Part shown: positions 17,312-24,444 of the stretch, piece after piece | Numbering within the stretch: the stretch's first letter is position 1 | Layout: the number at the start of each line of letters is the position of its first letter | Assembly (NCBI GenBank): GCA_038851075.1 | Contig: JAWCLG010000013.1 | Span: 1-24,444, forward strand | Origin: Candidatus Hadarchaeales archaeon | GTDB lineage: Archaea; Hadarchaeota; Hadarchaeia; Hadarchaeales; Hadarchaeaceae | Length of the DNA stretch: 24,444 bases | Reading direction: 5' to 3' | Translations under genes and position numbers: made by a program | Notes under the pieces: model-generated | Told to the model about the DNA's origin: nothing | Databases searched by the model: none | Seen by the model: the letters and a program-made list of their open reading frames with translations, nothing else

Positions 17312-18676
17312 ATGAAGGCCGCCAGACTTTTCGGAACATCAGGAGTGCGCGGCGTCTTCAGGGAAGAGCTGCATCCTAGGATATTTCTTGATCTATCAAT
17401 CTCTCTCTCAAATTACCTCGAGAACATGGGGGAGGTCATAGTTGGCAGAGATACCAGAATAACGGGTGAAATTATCGAGGGATGCGTGGTGTCAGGACTC
17501 ATCTCAGGCGGATGTGATGTGCTGAGGGCCGGAGTGGTCCCAACTCCCGCACTGAGCTTCGGTGTGAACAGGACCGGATGTTCCGCCGGGGTGATGATAA
17601 CTGCCTCACATAACCCTCCCGAATATAACGGAATTAAGCTGTGGAGCGGAGATGGCTCAGCATTTGATGAAGATGCGGAGAGAAAAATTGAGGAGATATG
17701 CCAGCGCGGAAGTGAACACAGGGTTGACTGGAAAGGAATCGGAACCGTATCGAGCTGCGATATCATCGGCGAATATGTGGAGCACATTGTTTCGAGAACA
17801 AAGCTCGAGACCAGCCACAACGTGGTGGTCGACTGCGGCAACGGTGCTGCATCCGGAGTGACTCCGCTCTTGCTGAGAAAGATGAACTGCAGGATCAGGA
17901 CGCTGAACTCAAACCCTGACGGTCATTTCCCGGGACGGTCTCCGGAGCCATCAGCCGGGAGCTTAGCTGACCTGGCAGATACTGTGAGGAGAACTGGGGC
18001 TGAGTTGGGGATCGCACACGATGGAGACGCTGACAGGGTCGCTATTGTGGATGACCGGGGCCGCATCGCCCCGCCGGACAAAATGCTCGCCCTTGTGGCC
18101 TCTCACATGATCAGAAAAAAAGGAGACATTGTGGTCACCACCGTTGATGCATCCAGCGTTGTGGAAAAAGCCGTTTGCTCCAGGGGAGGAAAGGTTGTAC
18201 GCACGGGGGTCGGGGACGTAAACGTGGGCAGGGAAATAAGAAAAAACGGGGCCGTGTTCGGAGGCGAACCCAGCGGCGCTTGGATATTCCCGGACATCGG
18301 ACGCGCGCCAGATGGTCCAGCCGGAGCGATGGTGGTAATGGAGCTGATTGAGCAGCACGGAAAACTTTCATCTCTGCTTGACTCGCTGCCGGACTTCACA
18401 ACGCTGAGAGAGAAGATACCCTGCCCAGCCGACAGAAAGAACTATCTCATGGAGGCCGTGAGAGAGCCGCTTGAAACAGAATTTAAAGAAAGGAGAGAGA
18501 CGCTGTCAATTGACGGTCTGAGAGTATCCCTAGATGAGGGATGGGTGCTCGTAAGACCATCCGGCACAGAAGCGTGCATAAGGGTGACGGTTGAGGGCAA
18601 AAATAGGGGAGTCGCCGAGGAAATAATGGAGAGAGCCCGCTCGTGCGTGAAAAAGGCGCTGGATGCCATAAGTTAA
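17312..18676 (+). CDS. glmM: Phosphoglucosamine mutase / alpha-D-phosphohexomutase (PMM/PGM family)
   Basis: LFGTSGVRG, ITASHNPPEYNGIK (phosphoserine loop), HDGDADR (metal site), GGEPSG and VRPSGTE. It is adjacent to a glmU-like gene; substrate specificity is inferred. Confidence 0.88.
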   Translation: MKAARLFGTSGVRGVFREELHPRIFLDLSISLSNYLENMGEVIVGRDTRITGEIIEGCVVSGLISGGCDVLRAGVVPTPALSFGVNRTGCSAGVMITASHNPPEYNGIKLWSGDGSAFDEDAERKIEEICQRGSEHRVDWKGIGTVSSCDIIGEYVEHIVSRTKLETSHNVVVDCGNGAASGVTPLLLRKMNCRIRTLNSNPDGHFPGRSPEPSAGSLADLADTVRRTGAELGIAHDGDADRVAIVDDRGRIAPPDKMLALVASHMIRKKGDIVVTTVDASSVVEKAVCSRGGKVVRTGVGDVNVGREIRKNGAVFGGEPSGAWIFPDIGRAPDGPAGAMVVMELIEQHGKLSSLLDSLPDFTTLREKIPCPADRKNYLMEAVREPLETEFKERRETLSIDGLRVSLDEGWVLVRPSGTEACIRVTVEGKNRGVAEEIMERARSCVKKALDAIS

Positions 18677-18713
18677 CTTTTATGTTTATGCAACAGATTA
18701 TGGTGCGGATAAC

Positions 18714-19994
18714 ATGAAAGCTGTCGTGCTGGCCGCCGGACTCGGAACGAGGATGCGCCCGCTGACTTTCACAAAGCCAAAGTTCCTGCTCCCGGTGGCA
18801 GGAAAACCGGCACTCGACCATGTGTTCAACATGCTGGAAAAATCCGGAGTGGATGAAGTCGGGATAGTCGTAGGGTTCGGTAAGGAACAGATAATGGAAA
18901 GATACGGAAACGGCTCGGCGATGGGACTGAAGATCGAGTACCTCCATCAAAAAGAGCTGCTTGGGACAGCAAACGCTGTGTCTCTGGCCGAGGAACTTGT
19001 GGGCGACGATGACTTTGTGGTGATGAACGGGGACACGCTCGTGGACCTTGAGTCAATGAAGTCCGTTATCGAGAGATACAGGGAAAAAAGGTCTGAGAAA
19101 AACTTCGGAGGAGTCATGGGGACGATAGAGGTGGACGAGCCAGAACAGTTCGGTATAGTCACTATGAAGGGAGAAACCGTAAGAAAAATTGTGGAAAAAC
19201 CGAAGGGGATGAAAAGCGGGCTCGCGAACGCCGGACTCTACGTGCTGACGCCCGACGTGTTCAGCGCGATAAAAAAGACCGGTAAGTCGAAAAGAGGGGA
19301 GTACGAGCTCACCTCCTCGCTGCAGATAATGGTTGACGAAGGGCTATCGATATACACCGCACCCCTCAAACTATGGACTGATATCGGAAGACCGTGGGAT
19401 CTGCTTGTCGCAAACGAATACTTCCTCAGGGGGATGAAGGGAGAGATACACGGAAAGATAGAGCCGGGCGCAAACGTCGGAGACAACGTCTACGTGGGAC
19501 AGGGCACCGTGATAAGGTCCGGATCCTACATAACCGGTCCCGCATACATAGGAGAAAACTGCGACATAGGGCCGAACTGCTTCATAAGGCCGTCCACAAG
19601 CATAGGCGACCGGGTTCGCATAGGTAACGCCGTGGAGATAAAGAACTCGATAATTATGGACGGCACGCACGTGGGTCACCTCTCATACGTCGGGGACAGC
19701 GTGATAGGGGTAAACTGTAACCTGGGCGCGGGGACGACCATAGCAAACCTGCGCCTCGACGGGAAACCCGTGAAGATGGAGGTGGGAGGCAAGGTGATCA
19801 GCAGCGGTAGGCGAAAGCTGGGAACAATAATCGCCGATAACGTGAAAACTGGGATAAACTGCAGCATAAACGTCGGTGTGAAGATAGGTCCGGACTCAGC
19901 CGTGGGGCCCGGGGCGGTGGTGACAGAGGACATCCCACCGAACACATTCGTTTACGTGGAACCAACCGTGAAAATGAAAAAGTGGAACCCCTGA
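18714..19994 (+). CDS. glmU: Archaeal bifunctional sugar-1-phosphate nucleotidylyltransferase / N-acetyltransferase (GlmU-like)
   Basis: LAAGLGTRMRPLT..KPK, VMNGD, IVEKP, SKRGEYELT and WTDIGRPWDLL. C-terminal hexapeptide left-handed beta-helix with GNAVEIKNS, HLSYVGDS and ANLR.D. Confidence 0.9.
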   Translation: MKAVVLAAGLGTRMRPLTFTKPKFLLPVAGKPALDHVFNMLEKSGVDEVGIVVGFGKEQIMERYGNGSAMGLKIEYLHQKELLGTANAVSLAEELVGDDDFVVMNGDTLVDLESMKSVIERYREKRSEKNFGGVMGTIEVDEPEQFGIVTMKGETVRKIVEKPKGMKSGLANAGLYVLTPDVFSAIKKTGKSKRGEYELTSSLQIMVDEGLSIYTAPLKLWTDIGRPWDLLVANEYFLRGMKGEIHGKIEPGANVGDNVYVGQGTVIRSGSYITGPAYIGENCDIGPNCFIRPSTSIGDRVRIGNAVEIKNSIIMDGTHVGHLSYVGDSVIGVNCNLGAGTTIANLRLDGKPVKMEVGGKVISSGRRKLGTIIADNVKTGINCSINVGVKIGPDSAVGPGAVVTEDIPPNTFVYVEPTVKMKKWNP

Positions 19995-20137
19995 ATTCAG
20001 CGGGCCATCCTTATAATTCCAATTTAAAAGCATTGCAAAAACAAGAGAATATTTTAACCCAGCACGTGGCCAAAGGATAAGCTTATAGGGTGGCGGTGCC
20101 AGTGCGCACCGAGATATAAAACCGAGGAGGCGAAAAA

Positions 20138-21697
20138 ATGAAGAAATTGCCAATAGCCCTTTGCATAGCGCTGGTTTTCACAGCCATGGCTACACCTGTA
20201 TTTGTGCAAGCGGATGGTCAGGCCGGAACAACTCTCGGCGCAACAGTGGACGTTACACCTCACTGGACGATCACCTATGAATGGACAATCGATAAATCTG
20301 TGGACATCGACAGCTGGGAGTTATACCCGGGGGAATCCGGTGTTTCCACTTACACGATCACCGTGACAAAGGATGATGGCACCGAAGAGGCATGGGTTGA
20401 AGGGACGGTCTGCGTGACTAATGGTGGTGACCGGGCAACAGAGGGGCTCCAGATAAAAGTGGTACTAAAAAATGGATATGAACCGCCGAACGACTATCTC
20501 GCCGAAGCGGATGTTGATGTGAGTTCAAACCCGGTATTAGACCCCGGAGAGACAGGATGCTACCCCTACAGGATTAACATAAACATCACCGGCGGGGCAT
20601 ATCCGCAGCCACACGCCGGAGGCACATACAAAGTAACCGCCAATGTCACAATCACAAATCATTCCGGGCATCTGGGAGAACCTTTTGGACCGAGCCCGAG
20701 CGCAACCACAACATGGCCGGCCAGTCAGACCCTGATAAACGATGCTATCCATGTAGAAGACACAAACGGAAGTTCATGGGAATTCAATGAGAGCGGCTCT
20801 GTGACCTATGAAAAGACATTCACGTGCGAGGATGAGGGAGTGAACGTTAACACGGCGACAATCAGAGAAACCGAACAGTCGGATTCCGCAACTGTAACCG
20901 TGATCTGTATCAAAAATCCCGATCCCCGGATAAGCGGAGTAAAATTCTACGACGCAAACCTAAACGGTGAACGTGACGATGGTGAAAGCTTAATCGCCGG
21001 ATGGAGAATTCAGCTGTGGAAGATGGAAGACTGCGAATCGTGGACACTGATGGAAGAGACCGAAACAAACAGCGAGGGTGAGTACGCGTTTTATTTCGCG
21101 GCTGACTCGGGAACATACAAGGTCGTGGAGGTCATGCCATCAGGAATGTGGGTCCAAACAGCACCGACAGGCGGGGAGTATATCTTCAGTTTTCCAAATG
21201 GAGAGACATATACGGGTATAGACTTTGGAAATGTATGTTTGATTCCTGGCACAGGTGGAAAAACAATAGGCTTCTGGAGCAACAGGAATGGTCAGGCTCT
21301 GATAACCTCAAGCGATGTAACCGTGCTCAACACGCTCAACCTGTACAGACCCAGCGGATGGTCGTATCCGCCATTTAGCAGCGTTATCACAACTGCAAAA
21401 TCTCAGATTAAGAACTACCTGCTCAACGCAACCGCCAAGGAAATGCGCTGGATGCTATCCGCTCAGCTAATTGCCACCCAGCTGAACGTTCTCCACAGCT
21501 TTCTTGACGCTTCAACAGTTGTTTACTCCGATGCGACCGGTTTCATAACTATAGGTGAGATCATGGACGGTGCAAAAACGGCATTGACCGGGTCAGACAG
21601 GCCCACGCAGGGGCACTGGAAAAATCTGCTGGACGGGCTAAACAACAACAGGCTGCCTTTTGTGTGTCCTGAACCATGCGAAGTGGAATATCCGTAG
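20138..21697 (+). CDS. Secreted Thr-rich multi-domain protein with an SdrD-B/CnaB-like domain and a C-terminal helical domain
   Basis: Signal peptide MKKLPIALCIALVFTAMATPVFVQA and SD GAGGAGG. SdrD-B-like stretch ISGVKFYDANLNGERDDGESLIAGWRIQL...TNSEGEYAF...GTYKVVE...IDFGN, then GKTIGFWSN...LSAQLIATQLN. Confidence 0.8.
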   Translation: MKKLPIALCIALVFTAMATPVFVQADGQAGTTLGATVDVTPHWTITYEWTIDKSVDIDSWELYPGESGVSTYTITVTKDDGTEEAWVEGTVCVTNGGDRATEGLQIKVVLKNGYEPPNDYLAEADVDVSSNPVLDPGETGCYPYRININITGGAYPQPHAGGTYKVTANVTITNHSGHLGEPFGPSPSATTTWPASQTLINDAIHVEDTNGSSWEFNESGSVTYEKTFTCEDEGVNVNTATIRETEQSDSATVTVICIKNPDPRISGVKFYDANLNGERDDGESLIAGWRIQLWKMEDCESWTLMEETETNSEGEYAFYFAADSGTYKVVEVMPSGMWVQTAPTGGEYIFSFPNGETYTGIDFGNVCLIPGTGGKTIGFWSNRNGQALITSSDVTVLNTLNLYRPSGWSYPPFSSVITTAKSQIKNYLLNATAKEMRWMLSAQLIATQLNVLHSFLDASTVVYSDATGFITIGEIMDGAKTALTGSDRPTQGHWKNLLDGLNNNRLPFVCPEPCEVEYP

Positions 21698-21715
21698 TCA
21701 AACGGTAAAAGGGAA

Positions 21716-21737
21716 ATTTTGTTTTTTATTATTTTTA
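21716..21737 (+). terminator. T-rich putative archaeal terminator
   Basis: ATTTTGTTTTTTATTATTTTTA begins about 20 nt after the stop at 21697. Confidence 0.55.
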
Positions 21738-21836
21738 TAACAACCATCACGATATGCGCTTTATATCAGGTCAAGTTCTCGTGCGAACACAGTAAAACCT
21801 TAATTTTTATAGAGAGAATATGTTATTGGGTATGCA

Positions 21837-22172
21837 ATGGGCAAACCCGATGACGACGGGCTCAGAAAAAAATACCCTGCGATTTACAGCGAAATCAACG
21901 ATGGAAACGCTGTACAGATCATGTCGGTCAGAAGTGACGTTGAAGAGGGAGAAAAGGCTGCCAAGGGATCTGATTACCCGACCGCTGTGGACTATATCAG
22001 ACTCTGCAAAAACGATGCCGAGGCAAGGGAGATAATAGACTATCTCGAGAAAAGGGGTGAAATAAGCTCTGACTATGCAAAACAGCTGAGAGACCAGCTT
22101 GCGAAAAAAGGACTGCGCAGTTTCGGCAAGAAGAGAAAGCCTGGTGTTCAAGAAAGCGGGGAAAAGGTCTGA
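21837..22172 (+). CDS. DUF2095 family archaeal protein
   Basis: LRKKYPAIYSEI...YPTAVDYIRLC....EAREIIDYLEKRGEIS..YA..LR..L.KKGLRSFG.KR.PG. Confidence 0.8.
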   Translation: MGKPDDDGLRKKYPAIYSEINDGNAVQIMSVRSDVEEGEKAAKGSDYPTAVDYIRLCKNDAEAREIIDYLEKRGEISSDYAKQLRDQLAKKGLRSFGKKRKPGVQESGEKV

Positions 22173-22174
22173 AG

Positions 22175-23377
22175 ATGCTTGAAATAGGACTCGTCGGCAA
22201 GCCGAACACTGGAAAAACCACTCTTTTCAACGCGATGACGCTGGCAAATGCTCCCGTTGCCGGATATCCGTTCACGACGATTGACCCCAATGTTGGAGTC
22301 ACGCACGTGAGAAGCAGGTGCCCGTGCGTGTACTTTAAGGTGAAGTGCAACCCCCAGAACTCGACCTGCGTGAACGGCACAAGATATGTTCCGGTCAGGG
22401 TCATAGACGTGGCGGGACTTGTTGAAGGCGCCCACGCCGGAAGAGGGCTTGGAAATCGTTTTCTCGATAGCCTCAGAATGGCCTCCGTGCTCATACATGT
22501 GGTCGATGCCGCAGGATCGACCGACGGGGAGGGAAAGCCCTGCTCTCCGGGAAGCCACGACCCGATGAATGACGTCAAATTTCTGGAATTTGAGATAGAG
22601 ATGTGGTTCAAGGGACTTCTTGATAAGGACTGGTCCAGATTCGCGAAGAGGGCAAAATATGAAAAGCTCGATCTGGTTAAGGAGATAAAGCAGAAGATGA
22701 GCGGGTTGGGCATCAATGAGGGGCACGTTCTGGAAGCGATGAAAAACTCGTGCGTGGACCGGGACAACCCGGACTCATGGACTGATGATGACCTGTTGAG
22801 GTTCGCAGGAGAGCTCAGAAAAGCCAGCAAGCCCATCATAATCGCGGCAAACAAGGCTGACATGCCTGAGGCCGAGGCGAACATTGAGAGAATGAAAAAC
22901 GCAGGATATGCAGTTGTTCCGACGTCAGCAGAAGCTGAGCTCGCCCTGAGGCGCGCGGCTGAGAAGAGGATAGTCAGATACGTACCGGGCGGAGGAGAAT
23001 TTGAAATAGTGAAGGGAGAGGCCCTGAACGAGGGGCAGAGAGAGGCTCTCAACAGGATATCCTCATTTCTAAAAAAGTGGGGATCAACCGGAGTACAGGC
23101 GCTTATCGACAAGGCGATCTCGGAAACTCTTAAACTGATAGTGGTCTATCCGGTCGACGACGAGCACAGGCTGACCGACAAAAAGGGCAACGTTCTCCCT
23201 GATGCTCTTCTGGTGCCATCAGAAACAACCGCGCGGGAATTCGCATACATGATACACTCAGAGCTGGGCGAAACATTCGTGCACGGAATAGACGCCAAGA
23301 CGAAGCGCAGGATCGGTGAGGAGCACGTTCTCAAGGATGGAGATGTTATAAGGATAGTTTCCGGAAAAGGCAGATGA
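22175..23377 (+). CDS. ychF: Obg-family ATPase/GTPase YchF (archaeal type, TGS domain)
   Basis: GLVGKPNTGKTT, YPFTTIDPN, archaeal Cys-rich insert CPC....KCNP, DVAGLV.GAH.GRGLGN.FL, ANKAD and C-terminal TGS (A..IHSELG...LKDGDVI). Confidence 0.93.
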   Translation: MLEIGLVGKPNTGKTTLFNAMTLANAPVAGYPFTTIDPNVGVTHVRSRCPCVYFKVKCNPQNSTCVNGTRYVPVRVIDVAGLVEGAHAGRGLGNRFLDSLRMASVLIHVVDAAGSTDGEGKPCSPGSHDPMNDVKFLEFEIEMWFKGLLDKDWSRFAKRAKYEKLDLVKEIKQKMSGLGINEGHVLEAMKNSCVDRDNPDSWTDDDLLRFAGELRKASKPIIIAANKADMPEAEANIERMKNAGYAVVPTSAEAELALRRAAEKRIVRYVPGGGEFEIVKGEALNEGQREALNRISSFLKKWGSTGVQALIDKAISETLKLIVVYPVDDEHRLTDKKGNVLPDALLVPSETTAREFAYMIHSELGETFVHGIDAKTKRRIGEEHVLKDGDVIRIVSGKGR

Positions 23378-23379
23378 GA

Positions 23380-23387
23380 TTTATAAA
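23380..23387 (+). promoter_or_regulatory. TATA box of the dehydrogenase gene
   Basis: TTTATAAA about 28 nt upstream of ATG 23415. Confidence 0.55.
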
Positions 23388-23414
23388 CCTTGGGATTTAG
23401 TTTAAGTGATTCAA

Positions 23415-24332
23415 ATGGTGCGGATACTGGTAAGCGATAAAATCCACGAAGACGGGCTAGAAATACTGCGGGAGTTTGCCGAGGTTGACGTACTGACAGG
23501 ACTCACTCCTGAACAGCTCATAGCTAAAATAGGAGATTATGATGCAATCGTGGTTCGCAGCGCTACAAAGGTCACTGCAGATGTGATAGCTGCAGGACGA
23601 AGGCTAAAAGCCATCGGGCGAGCCGGCGTCGGGCTGGACAACATAGATGCGAAGGCCGCAGAATCCCGCGGCATCGCGGTCATGAATTCACCTGAGGCCT
23701 CGACAGTTGCTGTTGCGGAGCTGACCATCGGACTCATGCTTTCGTATGCCAGAAAAATACCAAGGGCCGACTCCGGAACAAAACTCGGTAAGTGGGAGAA
23801 AAAGGAGCTGATGGGAACCGAGCTGCGCGGCAAAGTGCTGGGCATAATCGGGACGGGGAAAATAGGAAAAAGTGTGGGGCGTATAGCAGCAGCTTTCAGG
23901 ATGAAACTCCTGCTGTACGATGCCGTGAGGGATGAGGAATTTGCAAGGGAGGTCGGTGGAAAGTACGTTGATTTGGAGACTCTGCTCAAAGACTCGGACT
24001 ACGTAACCATCCATGTTCCACTAACGCCGGAGACAAGGCACATGATCGGCAGGGGGGAACTGAGCCTGATGAAACCAACGGCGGTTCTGGTGAACACCTC
24101 CCGCGGGGCTATCGTCGACGAAAAAGAGCTGGTGGCCGCGCTTTCCGAGAAGCGCATCGGGGGTGCATGTCTCGATGTATTTGAGAAAGAGCCCCTGACA
24201 GAGAGCCCCCTGTTTTCCATGCAGAACACCGTTCTCACACCACACATAGCAGCATCCACCGTGGAAGCCCAGAAGGAAGCCGCCATAGTTGTGGCCCAGA
24301 AGATGAAGAAATTTTTTGAGGGAAAAACATGA
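23415..24332 (+). CDS. serA: D-isomer-specific 2-hydroxyacid dehydrogenase, likely D-3-phosphoglycerate dehydrogenase without ACT domain
   Basis: VVRSATKVT, IGRAGVGLDNID, AVAELT, GIIGTGKIG (Rossmann), IHVPLT, NTSRG, LDVFEKEP and TPHIAAST.EAQ. At about 305 aa it has no regulatory tail. GTG 23406 is an alternative start. Confidence 0.8.
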   Translation: MVRILVSDKIHEDGLEILREFAEVDVLTGLTPEQLIAKIGDYDAIVVRSATKVTADVIAAGRRLKAIGRAGVGLDNIDAKAAESRGIAVMNSPEASTVAVAELTIGLMLSYARKIPRADSGTKLGKWEKKELMGTELRGKVLGIIGTGKIGKSVGRIAAAFRMKLLLYDAVRDEEFAREVGGKYVDLETLLKDSDYVTIHVPLTPETRHMIGRGELSLMKPTAVLVNTSRGAIVDEKELVAALSEKRIGGACLDVFEKEPLTESPLFSMQNTVLTPHIAASTVEAQKEAAIVVAQKMKKFFEGKT

Positions 24333-24444
24333 ACCCGCCACAAAAAAACAGCGCCCTGTTGAAATCCGAACGCGCTATTATTCGCGTTGACAGGCCGAGC
24401 AAGTTAAACCGCGCGCGGGCGCTTGGCTACCGCGCCAAGCAGGG

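Noticed and set aside
21997-23112. 371-aa antisense ORF, and many shorter antisense ORFs over kae1, recJ, serS, glmM, glmU and serA
   Set aside because: These are shadows of well-conserved sense genes, with Ser/Phe/Pro-rich composition and no motifs.
24350-24436. Minus-strand tRNA (begins GGCGCGGTAGCCAAGC; later GTTCGGAT)
   Set aside because: There is no complementary 3' acceptor strand, no pairing T-stem and no plausible anticodon arm.

Overview
Archaeal genomic window. Evidence: eS24, eS31, eS1 and uS15 ribosomal proteins, KEOPS genes, DUF359 dephospho-CoA kinase, methanogen-type SerRS, BRE/TATA promoters and GGTGA/GGAGG Shine-Dalgarno sites. The gene order looks euryarchaeal; a Hadarchaeota-like lineage is my guess only. 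About 7.7-24.3 kb is mostly a conserved housekeeping cluster: DPCK, rps24e, rps27ae, kae1, bud32, rdgB, rps15, recJ-like, pcc1, serS, rps3ae, glmM, glmU, DUF2095, ychF and serA-like. Three apparent insertions interrupt it: an antisense coiled-coil gene, a Zn-ribbon/CFI-box gene and a secreted SdrD-B/CnaB-type protein gene. The first ~6.2 kb is an accessory cell-surface island. Its most striking feature is a pair of convergent PKD-domain surface-protein genes that share a perfectly identical, in-frame inverted repeat of at least 102 bp (1-102 and 1391-1492). The pair flanks an orphan AbiEi-like wHTH gene, and both proteins end in TM helix + basic cluster + SGW. This is a candidate invertible or anchor-swapping cassette. 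Next to it is a membrane-anchored, tandem tailspike-like beta-helix protein. A HAD hydrolase has its catalytic motif upstream of any ATG/GTG/TTG, implying a non-canonical (probably ACG) start, a frameshift or a base error. All calls come from reading motifs by eye; no database searches were run.
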